Of a stretch of DNA of 57,223 bases, positions 34,175 to 47,700 are shown one piece after another; the first letter of the stretch is position 1; each line of letters starts with the position of its first letter. The DNA is from Hyphochytrium catenoides (lineage: Eukaryota > Protista > Hyphochytriomycota). The notes beneath the pieces are model-generated. The model saw only the letters and a program-made list of their open reading frames with translations. It was not told the origin of the DNA and did no database searches. Made by a program: the position numbers and the translations under genes. Where the stretch lies: assembly GCA_900088475.1 (NCBI GenBank), contig FLMG01004416.1, forward strand, positions 1 through 57,223, given 5' to 3'.

Positions 34175-35739
34175 AAACAGAGACTCACCGCGCAGAGCAG
34201 CAGAGCCAACAAACAGATGATTCTCTGTAAAAGAGTGGACCACCATTAGCGAGAAGTAGAGTGCGTTGTTAGCAGATTATTTATTGTTTAGGATAGAACT
34301 TTGAGAGGCAAGGTATAGTGGATCGTGACCAGCCTAACAGTGGAAAGCCTGGCCTGACAGGAATCACAAGGCTTGAGAAAAGACGTCATAATTCCAGCAG
34401 CCATGCAAGGCATTTTAAGCATGGGCTCGTGGAGGCTTTAAGAGGCTTCAGTCCCGTAACCTTGTATTCATCTTGGTCTTTCTTCCAGTCAACCTCTCTC
34501 TCTTTCTCTCTCCTCGTGTCCTCCCTAAGATTCCTGTCTGATTCACGACAAATGTCTGTCATGCTAGTTTCCGACCTTTACATATGAGAGGAGCCGTGGC
34601 TTCAACGGTACAGGGAGGAAAGGAAGAATGGCCGGCAGGCTGAAGGGGATGAGGAGCAGTCCCGCAGCTGAGGTGGAGAGCAGAGATGGGGCTAAGGCCG
34701 ATGGTAACCACCAAGCGTTGCTATTGAAGACAGTCAGACAAACCGCTGCCAATGGTGTCAACAAGACCCTGCCGTCGCTGAGGACAAGTACAAGCCTAGT
34801 GTGCAAAAATTAGAATGCGACCTCAATGTGCAAGATCTAACAAGCGATAGACTCGTTCTCGTTGGCTGCGGCACTCTTAGGCGGGTGTTCAAGTGTCTTA
34901 CGTTCAATTACATGAGAAGCTGCGCATAGACTATAAAACGCCTTAGCCTGAGTAGCCACTGACGAGACGCGGCTTTGACTATTATCTTGACCTCGGTATT
35001 GCCACCATAAGTAAGGACTTGCAGGCAGGACTTCAAGCTTCAGTCGGGCGTACTTCTCTGCCAACCTCATTATGCAGCAGATCAAGGCAGAGGAACTCAA
35101 CTCAGGAGGCACTCGATTGAGTGTGTCACAGGCGATTCTTCTCATGCAAATCAATGCTCGAGCAGCATCAGAAAGACTGCCTAGGAAAGGTACAAAGCAC
35201 CGACACACGCTGTCTAGCGGCTGCTCCCGCGCCGAACATCTAGAAGATAAGATGAAGCGTCTTTGCAAAATTATGTCGCTCAAGTGTAAGCACCCTAATG
35301 TCTCCAAGCCTCACTGAAAGTCTGCGTTCTTCTTTGTTTTTCAGCCTCTATAACGCTACTACTGCGCACCGAGAGAACAGCTGAAGAGCAGTACGGGACA
35401 ATGGGCTGGAGTTTAAACTAGGAATATAGACAGACAGAGAACAGAGATACACCGAGAATGCTAAGGAAATGCCAGAAGCCACACAGCTTTGCGAAGTGAA
35501 GTCACAAGTGGAAGGGGGATAATAGTAGTAGACAGTGGTGCCAACTCTCCCACAAAGCGTCATGGACCAGGATAGTTAGGATCGGCAAACCAAAGCAACC
35601 TGCAGAGTCAATACTACTGACGCCTAGGCTTCGGCTCTCCCCTTTTCCACGTTCCGATCTCCTTCTTCTCTTTGACGCCTCTGCTATGGGAATGGTTGAT
35701 ATAGAGTCTACAAAAGCTTGACTAACACATACAGTACGG

Positions 35740-35816
35740 GAGAGCGAGTGCAAGCCGGAGGTGTCGATGCGATGCTTCGAAGAGAGCGAGTGCAAGCTGG
35801 AGGTGTCGATGCGATG
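35740..35816. repeat. 35-bp direct repeat x2 (period 42 bp)
   Basis: GAGAGCGAGTGCAAGCYGGAGGTGTCGATGCGATG at 35740-35774 and 35782-35816, with one mismatch. Confidence 0.9.
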
Positions 35817-36789
35817 GTTCATCTATTCATAAGAAAGAAGCTGAACAGGAAGATCGAGCTGGAGCGATCTGGAAATCTGAAGAGACACACAGGCTGCCAA
35901 TCTATCTTATTTACAGAGGATCTTCGAAAATAGTGCTTTCCACCTAATCATAAGGCCCACCTTTACTTACGGTACCCCAATTTAATACCCTATATTTCTC
36001 CTTTGTATGCTGGCACAAGCAACTTTTACTTTCGGGCTGAACATGGAAGGGCAGATGGATGGTGGATGGTGGATGGTGGGCGATGAGATCTTTGCGGCTC
36101 CGAACAGTGGGCAGTGGGCAGTCCGATGACTGGTGAAACGCCGCACACTCGTCAAAGCTGGTCACAGCTTTCTCAAGAGCTCAAGAGAGAGCACAAGGCG
36201 TTGATTTTTATTAGAGACAGTAAGCTGCTTGCACGGGCCAAGAAAGGCACGGCGAGATGGAAACAATGAAGCTCGGACTCTGTGAGCCACCAGTGGAGCC
36301 CAACTTTATGCTCACTTACCTACAGCAACCAGGCTGCGAGTGCAAGCCAGCTTTAATGAATGAAATGAAATGTCTTTTCAAGACTAGATAGGAAGATGGG
36401 AACGGGCCGTGCAGCCTGAGTGTACTGGGAGCTTTGTTCGGGACATCACTTCGCATGCCCCTGACGTAATCGCAGGGCTGGTAGTTCTAAGAGTGAGTAA
36501 ATATCCGTAGGTGGAGATGACTACGAGTGTGGGTCGGAGGATCTAGTCATCGGGAAGACAGCTTGAAACCATGAGAGTGACACTGTAAGGACGCCGATGC
36601 TCCGCGTCTGGAAGTCCTGAGGTCAGATGAAATAAAGGTAAGATGTGGAGACAACCTTCCACAACCATGTCTAGGTAATTTTTGACTGTCGTTTGGCTGC
36701 CAAGGACAATGATTAACCATTTGGTCTCGTTCGCATGATTTTCAATGATTCCAAACTCAAACGGAAACTCTATGAGTCTAGCAGCTTAC

Positions 36790-37130
36790 CTGTGTCTCAT
36801 CTCATTTTGCCGATTCAACCAGCTCGCAAGATAATATGCCCTAACCTTGCTCTCCTTATATCCATAATTAGGAGGGCCGTCAATGCGAAGCTGCCATATC
36901 CTCCCGTTAACTCAGTAGGTGGGATAGTTGATCTCGGCCGAGGTAGAGGCGGCGCCAGGCTAGGAAGCGTGGACAGCGGACGCATAAGTGCCGAAGGACT
37001 TGACTGCATCCCTGACATAGCTGGGGCATGACCACTCTTTGTGGTTTCCGTACAGATCAGGTGTTCATGATGATCTCCTATGGGCAATTAGCTTTATCCT
37101 ACTGCTTCCGACGTACGGCAAAACTCAACG
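36790..37130 (-). mobile_element. Non-LTR retrotransposon (LINE) ORF2 C-terminal relic
   Basis: Minus-strand translation CQGCSQVLRHLCVRCPRFLAWRRLYLG..LSHLL matches the CCHC HxxxxCPRFxxxR motif of LINE ORF2 C-termini. Upstream SEAVG*S*LPIGDH resembles EAxxLxQLRTGH. Confidence 0.5.
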
Positions 37131-37385
37131 TAGTCTTGAGCATAAAGCGTAGAACTGCCCATCTCTCTTATCAATGAGCCCCACGTAGATAGTGAGCATC
37201 AGTTATACAAGCCCTTAAGCTAAGCCAAACATGATACGTCATGAAACTCTTAATTGGACAAAGGATTCGGCTCTGTCCCTTCCGTCCTCAACTGCCACCA
37301 TTTGTGTAGAGGACTACAGACATCCAAGGGTGAGGCCATCGAAGATAATTTGATAGTGTTTGATAGATATATGAAGCGCGCGTCG

Positions 37386-38439
37386 CTAGTCTTCAGCCAG
37401 CTGAGCTGCGTCTTTCAGCACATTTCTATAAGATTGTCGCCATGCCATAGCTTTCTCTCGGTCTCCCTTCGTCACGGCGCTGAAGTCTAACTTTTCTAAG
37501 GATGGAAGCGTACTTATGACAAACTTGCGATAATGCTTCTTCTCCTCAATAGGGTTTCCATGCAGTGTTAGATTCCGCAACTTCGCTAACTTCGCCAAGC
37601 TCTCAATGTCTCTCAATTTAGTGATATCATTGCCGTGAAGGTTGAGAGTCACCAGTTCAGGGAAAGAGTTGAATGACTGTGCGGGCGTGGGGTTTGAGGC
37701 GCGGGAGTTAGAGCACAGCCTTGTTTTGAGATGAGAAGCAAATGATAATGAAGAAGGGCAGAGAAGGACGCACGGCCGCGAGCACCTTGTGAGATGGGAG
37801 ACAGAGAGAGAGAGACCAAAAACAAGGGCTATCAAGCGAACAACGAATGGGGGCGGCCAGCGAAAAAGAGAGCGAGTGCCGTTGTAGTTCTTGACGACAA
37901 GTAGTGGAAGCGATCGTCTGATGCAAGAGGCTACCTTGCCAATGGTGGAGATTTCGTTGCAAGAGAGATCCACCCAGTGCAGTAAGGAAGCCTCGCCCAA
38001 CACTGCGGTCACTCCTTCAGCCAGGGAGTCCAGTTTCTGAATGCGATTGTTATCAAGCTTGATGGCCTTCGTTTTCTTATGACCGCTATCATGGCCCTGC
38101 GCTTTGGCGGGAGACTGCATACGTCGCAGATGTTAGCTGGTATGTGATGGCGAGCCAATATGTGGCTAACCTGGGTTCCTGTGGAGTTTGTTTGAGCAGA
38201 TGCCGAGTCAACATTCCGGGTGCCAATCTTGGGCTCTAACCGTGCTATGACTGTGAAAGCGCGGTGATGCGAGTCAGCGCTGCATTCGTTCTAAAGCTTA
38301 TCCCCAGAGTACACATACCAGCAGGATCTGTAATTTCCATGAACGAGTAATCTAGCGGGGGCGCATGGTCACTGATCATCGCTTGAGAAATCCTGACGCC
38401 TCGAGCGGCACCGGCATCGCCCTTCTTGGGACTTTGCAT
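37386..38439 (-). CDS. LRRC51: LRRC51-like small leucine-rich repeat protein (4 exons)
   Basis: APPLDYSFM N-terminal motif, IKLDNNRI, WVDLSCNEI, LNLHGNDI, LTLHGNPIEEKKHYRKFV and LDFSAVTKGDR. Three GT-AG introns keep frame. Confidence 0.85.
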
Positions 38440-39383
38440 CCTGCTTTTGCGGGACTAGAGGTGCTTGTAATGAATGCCTTATTCAATGCCGTCCCAGCTT
38501 GTCCTCTCCTGCGACTCAGACCTGTCTCGCTAGTCTCTCATGCTGTAAAGAAGCAAAGCAGGATGAGACCACCAGAAGCCACCATGCTTAACTAGCTGTA
38601 GAGTGGCGTCCAATGGAAGAAAGGAGCTCAGACCAGTGCTGCCTTGACATCTTAGTTAGACATAGCGATGGGATCCAATCATACTGCTTAGGCCCCATGA
38701 GGAATTGGGTCAGCAACGATGATGAAGGAGGACGGAGAAAGCATGGACAGCAGCAGCAGCTGAAGCGATGCCGCCACATCACCACGATGCCTGGTGTAAC
38801 GCCCAATTCCTCATACAAACGCGCCAGACTACTCTATTCTGGAATAAACGCTACGTGTCCCTGATAGAAGTTGTCTGTAAGAGGAATAATGAGTTTGCGC
38901 ACATGACCCGGGTCAGCACAGACAAATGCTTGACCCGGTTAGCGACTCGAGTGCTGCACTATCACATTTTGTTGAGGCTTTCTACTCGTCGTACTGCTGA
39001 TCATCAAGCGCGATGACATCATCATCAGAGAAGACATTTTATTGACACTTCGTACTACTGAAGAGAGTTGGAACGCTGTCTGACCTTACTCATGCCTCAG
39101 GCGCTCAAGCTCTCACGCTCTCACGCAGGCTTGCGCTCCTCGTTGAAGTCCATCTTGCACGTTCCCCATCGTCCACACAGCGCGGCAAGGTAGTCTCGGA
39201 AGAGTGATTGTAAAAACGCCAAGCGGACATGGCTATCGCTGGCACACAAGGTTGCTTGGCTTGATAAGAACACTAGCGAGAGAGCCAACATGTCGCTCTG
39301 GTAAATAACTTGTAATCAAGCGGTAGACCCAACACCGCTGCCATCTCTCCGAGCTAGCCGCGGCTAGTAAAGCTCCCTCCAGA

Positions 39384-40947
39384 ATGGACGCCCAGCGGCC
39401 TGCCCACCACCATCGGGATGAGGATGAAGAGGCCTTGCGCTTGGGCATAGAAGCTTCGCTTGAGTAAGTCCACTTTTGTCATTGACTGCCGCATTTATTA
39501 CTGACAGCACTGTTCACAGGAGGGACTTCTTGTCTGAGATGATTCAAGCGGAAGAGAGGTTAAGAGTTGACCAGATTACGATGCAGACAGTGACACAACC
39601 TTCGTCTGCCTCCGTAGACCGAGGATCAGGTAGCAAAAAGAGTGAAGAACGAATCCTCCTCCGCTCTTCACTGAAACACATGCACGGAATTCCCTTTTCA
39701 CAGAGTTTAGTGAGCTGGACGTTGCAAATCAACTGGAGCAGCTATCCTTGTACCCCAACTCAACTTTTCTTGAGGACGATGGTGGTATGGCAACTATTAG
39801 TGTATTGGGCTGTGTTGAGGTTGGGCTAAGACGCGTTGTTATCTCCAGAAGAACAGGCTTCTTTTGGCAGTGTTTCAAAAGAGGGAGGAGGTCAGGAACA
39901 CAAGGCAGAAGAAGAAGATGAAGAAGAAGAGAAAGGTGATTTTCACTGTTCGAGCCGAGCCTGTCGGTAGAATTTGACACGAAGAGCCATAGATTATCCG
40001 GATATCGTTTTGGACAATCTCCCCTTGGACGTGCTGATTCCCCTGCTCTTACTTCTGGACCCGGACTCGATCGCACATTGCAGCATGGTCTCAACCAAAT
40101 GGCACAAGGTAGCTACAAATGACAGGATCTACGAACATCTGTGCCGAGCGACCTACACGGTTCAGGCCAGACAAGCGACACGCATTCTAGCACTACGAAA
40201 GGTCGGTGATCCTGACGCTTTTAGCAAATGTCATCCATAGATAGTTGACGGTGCTTCCAAAACGCTTTTTGACAGTGGAAGACCTGGCGGGCAATGTTCA
40301 TTGAAAGGCCTCGTTTACGACATAATGGCTTCTACTACTTAAAGGTCAGCTACATCAAGAAAGCCGAACACAGTCTATTCTCAGAGATCCCTAAGGGTAC
40401 AATATTAGAGGTGAGTTTATGTCTCTGTATATCTTCAGAGAAGCTATGAAGGCTGAGCGGTTCTGCATATCCCAGACCATTTACTATAGATACCTGGTCT
40501 TCAGCCGTGACGGCTCTGTGAGGTACCTGATGACCTACAAGCACCCCAGAGAAGCGGCAGCGATGTTTCTATCGCACCATGAGGAGGTAGCTAAGGTGAG
40601 GGCATGGAACTCAGTTTGAGCTTTATGGCATTTCGCAAAAAACCTAAGGGCTTATGTTAGGGCATGTACTCGGTCCAGAAGACCAACGTTCACGTGTCAG
40701 TTTTCCTCCCTCATGCCCTGGTAGAGTTCCAGTTCAGATTGTATAGCGGTGACAGAGGTAAGAGAAAGGCAAGCGTTAACTGCACCGATGGAATTGGACG
40801 GTGTTTTGATGGAATCTGCTGCCTTTAGGGAAGCACAATCGTCTGGAGCTGATGGAGCACACCAGCGCGTCCTATCAGCATAATGTTCCTGTTGCGCATA
40901 AGGTCAACTATGAAGAGTTCAAGTTTTATCGAGTTTGGCAGCTGTAG
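39384..40947 (+). CDS. FBXO9: F-box protein, FBXO9/Hrt3-like, with an N-terminal UIM-like motif; multi-exon
   Basis: F-box LDNLPLDVLIPLL..CSMVSTKW, then WRAMFIERPRLRHNGFYYLKVSY and YYRYLVFSRDGSV. Ends EEFKFYRVWQL* at 40945-40947. The start at 39384 (DEDEEALRLGIEASL) is inferred. Confidence 0.85.
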
Positions 40948-41750
40948 GTCACACAAAGACAGGGGTATAGAGTGGCCCTGCTCTCAGTGCTGGTCGTCAA
41001 CGTCTGAGCGATTTGTGGAGACTGCGTGTTGCGCTTAACTGGGAGCCATAGCTTCTATAGCACTTGCACTTCCTCCTCCCTGTAAGATGATGAATTGCCT
41101 TGGACTTATGCTCTATTTATTCTTACTCGATGAGAGTTTTTGCTCGAAAGATAGAGGTCAACAAGACAGCAGCTGAATGCCTGTTTATGTTGGACATTGA
41201 TCGATACATCGAGAACTCACTATGATGGCAATCAACAAAGGCAAGGTCCAACTACAAAGCGGCTTTGGCGCTGTCCATTGAACAATAAACCAAAAGAATC
41301 AGACTGGCCGATCTCAAAAGCTGCTTCTGAAGATTTGTGCTCATATTCGTAATCAGTACTGCACTACACGGAATAATACTATTCTGATTCCGAAGAGTTC
41401 AAAATGAGGATATGGTCAGGCTTCTTGAGTGTTTTTTGATGGAGGGAGCAGCAGAGATGCTGATGATCTCTGGCGGACTTGGAACCTGCAGGTTAGCGGC
41501 AACGCCTCCGTCCTGCTCGACCAGCATTCATAGTCTCTTGGCGGTCTCTCCTGGGCTTGAACCAAGTTTTGCCACCTTCAATCGTAACTCTAATGCGGTA
41601 AAGGTGATCCGCTTGCTCCATGTCAGCTCTATAGGCTCGAAAGCTGAAGCATGTGCACAATGCCCAAGTAGCGTCATCAATAGCTGTTGCGTCGGGGGCT
41701 ACTCTCAACAAGGCTCAAACTGGACTTGGAAACCTTCTTCTCTCGGCAGG

Positions 41751-44700
41751 ATGACTCTCCACAGAGAAGTTCCATTTCTTACCTCTGACCATGTCCGGTC
41801 GTGGGTGACGAAAGAGCTGGGTCGGCCATCCTACATGGAAGATGAGAGAGCAGGAGGTAGGTAACGGAGCTAGTGGCAGAAAGATTTTGAGCTCGCAGGT
41901 TTGAAACTATTCTGATTTACATCACTGTTGTTTCTTTGTAGATCTGCAGAATGCCATTCATGGCAAGATTGGCTCGGGCATATTTGTGATGGGAAGTAGC
42001 CATAGGTTCATAAGGTATGAACTAGGCGCTGTTGTCTCGTTCGCTTGTCTTAAGCCTATCTCTCAACCAACTACGGTCACATCTCTACGCTCCGCATCCT
42101 CGTTCGCGCTAAGTCACCTTTGGAGTCGTGGACTATTTGCTTTAAGCTGATAGCACCTTTGACATGGTCATTTTACAGCTGGAAGGCCCATGGAGACATA
42201 GTAGAGCTTATTGACGCCTCCACCAAAGGAGCGAACCATGCCGCGGGCCACCGCATCCGCTTTCCTGGTAGGACATCATGAGTAATTGCCATAAGCTAGA
42301 GAGTGAGCGCAACTGCAAATGAGAGGAGAATGAATAGTGTGGAGACTTGGCAGAGTGGAGATGGGTAATGGATGAAAGGTAACTGATTGCTTAACTCCTC
42401 TTCATCTCCAGACCCTATCCTGCACCAAGGTGTTGCACTATTTGACGATGAGGAGCAACGACAAATTTGTTTGTGCGCAGTCACCATCTCAGATGTTGTG
42501 CATCGGTAAGGAAACATTGTAAACCTTCTTGCCTCACCTTTCGTCTTTCGTCCTCACTGACTGAGACGCTCACCTGCATTAAGATTTGTCTAACTCTACG
42601 TCATGCTCTTCTCCTGTTCAACTTCGGTTCTCTCATCAGGCTCTTCTTCCCATACGACTCCTTGATGGACTCGAAACATAGTCAGACTTCGATCTTCTCA
42701 GGTAAACACCGAACCTCCATCCAGCTACCTGTTCTGCGTATACGCCGTCGCCTTTCTAACGCGTAGCACCAAGACTTGCCTGCCTTTTCTACCTAATAAG
42801 AGCTTCATTGTATCCCAGTTATCAGGGCACCCACTCACCACGTCTTTCTTGCTGCTGGATACCATGTTTGTTTGTTAGATGAAGTTATCTCTTCCGTCAG
42901 CACCTTCTCCTACAATGTGAAGGATGTCTCCTCCGATGCCTTCTTGACCGTCGCCTCGTGGGTGAGCCCCTATCACTGCTGTCTGGGAATCTCCAAAGGA
43001 GGAATCATAGATATCAGATTTGGGATAGCGACAGGAAACGAAGCGCGGGCAGACCAGGTCTGAAAATCTGGCCTGTAAAGCGATTTCTTTCTCTTAGTTT
43101 CCATTCTTCCCTACTCCGCTCTTTCTGTGCTCAATTATTGAAAAGTCGTCAGACCATGCTCACTGGAGGATCGACGAGCAATCACTTTAAACGCCGAGCA
43201 GTGCTTCTTTTGTCGAAACAGAACCTACCAGCTGTTACTTGACCTCTCCCCTAATAGTCCCATTGTCTCCACAGATAACTATTCAGGAGAAGTCTACTGT
43301 GCTACGTCTATGGTCAGGGTTCGGGCGGCAGCAGAGNNNNNNNNNNNNNNNNNNNNNNNNNNNNNNNNNNNNNNNNNNNNNNCTGCATTCTATCTAAGAG
43401 CTATGCCGCGGATGTCTCTGGATTATTGGGGTTTGAAGGGAAGACCAGACACCGTGTGGCTCTCAGAGCGCAAAGAATAGAAACCCAAGAGGGAGACGTG
43501 GAAGAGTATTTTCTGCTTCTCTCTGTGACGCATAGACCAGAGGTTTTACTTTATAGAGGTATCCGTACCATTCTCGCGTGACCTGACATCTCATTACGTC
43601 CTAGCGCATATGGCGTTCTTCTCAATTGAGTCACTCACACATGCAGCGACCCTTGGCATAAGTAACTTCCTCGACAATGTTCTCAGTGGGAAGCCCGCTT
43701 GTTAATCTTGCTTCACTTCTCTTTCCTGTCCTTCCCACCTTCCATGTACTCATTCGCTGCTTCTTATCCCTTTCTCCATCGCTTCTCTGGCCCATGTCTA
43801 GGGATTGCGGAAGGAGAGGAAGAGCATAGTCTCTCTCTTGTTAGGAAATTTCAGTTTGGACGAGAGCTCCTCAAAGAGCCTACAGGGGGCGGAAGAGGAA
43901 AGACTGAGCCAGTCCTTATCGATTTTTCACTTCAGGAAGGTCATCTTCACACTCTTTGGTCAGGCGAACCGCTTCCCGAAAGTGATTTCTACCAAGGTCG
44001 TGAAGCAGAGCTCCTTCCTCCCTCTTTCACTGTCACGTTCTGGAACGCGTTGTCTCCAGACTCCAACAGTGAGGAACCGCCCAGAGAGTCACATCACCTG
44101 TGCCTCTATACGGAGTATAACCAGAAGTACTTGGAGGATGACTCCATGTCTTACTTCCTCTTCTCGCCAGAAGATGAACGAGAAGAGAGCCAGCATTACA
44201 CAGCGGAGAGCATAAACGCTTGGTATCTCTCCCGCCTTCTCCTCCCGAATAGGTTCCCGGTGTCCGTCATCCTGCGCGCACTTCGAGCGTTTTCGGCTGA
44301 TCCTGAGCTTATATCGGAGGACGAGGTTTCCTCTCCAGAGCGGTTTGAGCTTGCTATCGCGGAATGTGTAAGGCAGAAACTAGGGGATGATTGGACGCTC
44401 TCAGATCTGAGAGCAGAGTGGCGAGAGCTACTTTCTCTCTGTTCGTCGTTGTTGAGGAAAGAACTTCTTCCTGTCGGCCTACTGAATACCGCAAGCTCTT
44501 CGCTGTTTCCTCTCCCATTGGTTGTCAGAGCGAAGTCTATCTCTGCTCTGTGGCCCGTTGGTGAAGGTGAATGGGAACATGCCCCTAAAGCAGTGCTGGA
44601 GGAAGAGAGAGCGGCTGGAAGTATACGTGAAGAAAGCGAGGCGCTTCTGTCTCTCGCTAAACAGCATGCCCAGATGTTTGGCCCGCTGGTGATGGACACG

Positions 44701-47700
44701 GCCAATGCCGTCTGCATAAAGCTATGGAATTATGAGTTAGGTAAGGCTAAAGAGGAGGAGGAAGTGTGCAACCAACATAATCAACTGCAGCTTTCCGTCT
44801 TCTGTCGAGGAGCTTTCAAATTGTCAGCTATTGGGTGGGTTCAAGAGACGTTCTTCCTCGCTGCTGAGGGTTCCTTTAATGTAGCTCGTCGTTTCCCGTT
44901 TAGCACTTCAGACTGAGCAGTCCCTCTTCTACCTTTTACATGCGATGAAACAGACATTCCGAGTGCCATTAGAGAGCTCCTAGGTCTCTTGGAGGAGCGA
45001 CCGCTGTCGTTATCGCCAATGCTCTTAGTCAGCTTTTTGCAAAAGCTCTCAAGTATATTTGGGGGACAAAGTGCGGAAAAGCAATGGAAAGTCCTGTGGA
45101 GAGTGCTGCGTGACCTAGAACTGGACCCTGAAGGAGAGATTGGGATGCCTTCTCTAGGAAGGATTGGGGAGCAAAGATCAGGTAGCGTTGCTTTCCGATG
45201 AACTTGCCCACCTCTCCTCCTCAAATTCCCGTAAAAATAGACAGCTTACACTGGCTCCAGGCTCTTCTTACCTTGGTTATGATGCAGTCTTTCTCACACG
45301 ACAACTATTCTAACGATGAACTGTATTCCCCTTTTCCTTTCTGTGTCCATTTTATTGCGTCTGGTTCTCCTGGACACCATCAGACGTGCCGTGGAGCGCT
45401 TCTTCTCTTTCTTGCTTTTCTGCAGCAGTGTATGGGGCGGTCCGGTCCCGTTATCGTCTTTGTTTGGAGGTGTCTCTTTTATTTTGTCATCTTTCTCAGT
45501 GTTCAACTGGTCGAGTGCTGCAACCGGACATAGAGAAAGAGATTAGGACATCTCTCCTACCTGCGGCACTAAAGATCCTCAGATCCCATGGACTGGTGCT
45601 ATGGGCCCTCTCCATAAGGACAAAATCCTTTCAGCAGCTGCACTCAGAAACAGGTGAATCTCTTTGGCTGTATGCTGACTGCCGGATGTTCTATCGTCTC
45701 ATGATGCTCTTTCACCAATAGAGTTACCTTCGGTCTCGGTCTCATTCATCTTTACGTCAACCGTCTATCTGAACCCTTCCTCGATCCACCTCACCTCTCA
45801 TCTTATTCTTTTTCAATCGAGTTCTTTGATGGTTGTTTGTTGTCCCGTGGGTGCCCTACAGGTCTGAAACTTACTGCCTCTTCTCCTCCTTCCTGGTATT
45901 CTTTCAACATCCAGCGACTCTAAATCTGCAAAGGCTCTCTCTCGTGGATGTTGGGCCTGCTGGTCCCGGGAGCTCTATCAGAACTGTTGAAGTCAAAGTT
46001 GGAGAAGGGGTGGCCAACTCTTTTTTTGCCTCCTTTGCGGAGGTCGGCAAAGCCTGCACTTAGCCTATTCTATATGTCCTCCCTATTTTCCCTGTTTCTT
46101 CTGACGTCTATTGTGCAATACATCATTTCCTTTCCTCCATGCAACAGACGTCTCTTATAACCATTGCTGGCTTTATTCCTATTGGTTACCCTCAGCTTAC
46201 GCTGCTGGTTCCTTGTCTAGGAGGTGAACCATCTCCTTGGAGAGAAAAGGGATAAAGCTCAAAAGCTGGGCCGTCTGACAGACTTCTTGGCCTCTGCAGT
46301 CTGGAGGACCAGAGAAGGCCATGCGCTTCTAGGTAGACCGTTGTCTTATTGAATTCTGGGGAGAAGGCCACGCTTGTAGTCACTCCCGTCAGCTTTGTCG
46401 TCTTTTAGTCTGTTTGCGCTCCTCCCCACAGTAAGAGCCTCCTCCTATTCTCACCCCTTTGCCTGCCATTGGAATGGCCTTTACACGCATTTAGTGTCTG
46501 CCTCCGACCACATCTACCTAATTAAACCTGGTCATTGCAGCTGTTGTCGAGCACCTCCGCGCTTTGCATCAACAGGAGCATCTTCAATCACTGCTTTCCA
46601 TTCTATTGATGGATGGAGTGGATCCTACCATCACTTCGTCGTCGCCTTTGTCAACATTCTCACCGTCCTCAGACGTGAGAAAACGACAGAATCTGGTCAG
46701 AGTGCTAGCAGAGACACTGCTGAATCGTGCCCGCAGCCAAGGCGCCTCCATGGAAGCCCGAGAAGCTTGCCTACAGGCTATAGACTTCTTTACAAAGGCT
46801 GCACCTGATGGAGGAAGGAATGGAGACCAGGACGCTAGGGATACTGTCCTGAAGAAAGCGGACTACTTTCTTCTCGTCCTCGATATCCTGAGAGAGTACC
46901 AGCGTATATGCGGCCCTGACAGCATCTTGAAGTTAGCGAAGGTGACACAGGGTTACATCGGCCAGGTAAATTCTCATCCTCGTTTCTATATCCCCTCTGT
47001 GGCCACCTAAACAGTTGGAAGCGAGCTTCGTTTTAACTCTCACTCTGAAATGGGTTTTACACATCTCTGTGTTCCTAATGCTAACAAACGCTTGTGACAC
47101 CCTGTAGGCCCTGAGATTGCTAAGGTCAAGCAGTGTTCAGAATCAACCGGAGGATCTCTTCTTCAAGTATCAGCAGCAGGCAGCGAAGGTTTGGGTAACA
47201 ATCTTCAAAAGCGCTCTAGAGGCAGAGGACTACGAGCAGGCATACAACGCGATGCTTAGCAATAGTGACGCGGAGAAGAGACAGGTGCGACAAAGAACAG
47301 AGGGCAACATGTGAACCTTGTCTGTGACGCTTTCCCCAAGCAGTGGTGTCTCTATTGGCTGGGTCGAAAGTGGTTGAAGCTTTCTATCAGTTAGATCTAC
47401 TGTCCCAAACCTTCGGCCACGGTTGCTCGCCTTCTTTGTGAATCAGCTTTGGACAAAGTCTAGCAGTCATACTAGCCGATGGACACAGCAGCCTCCTGAG
47501 CGCCTTCTTCTCTTTTTCAATCAATAGGATTGCTTAGACTGCTTGGTTTTGGTCCTATGTGACAAAGGCAGAGAAGATCTCCTCTGTCAATATTCATGGA
47601 CGAACCTCCACAAGGTGCACCGTCTTGTATTTTACCCTCATGATCTCACTGACTACGTTGTGCGTCAATTTCACTTGTGAGACATAGTGTTTGGCGACTG

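Noticed and set aside
35740-35816. 35-bp repeat pair as a CRISPR-like array
   Set aside because: Only two copies with a 7-bp gap, in a eukaryotic context with no cas genes.
38780-38845. PGVTPNSSYKRARLL resembling the hAT transposase TRWNS..RLL motif
   Set aside because: The key RW residues are missing and I found no supporting flanking motifs.
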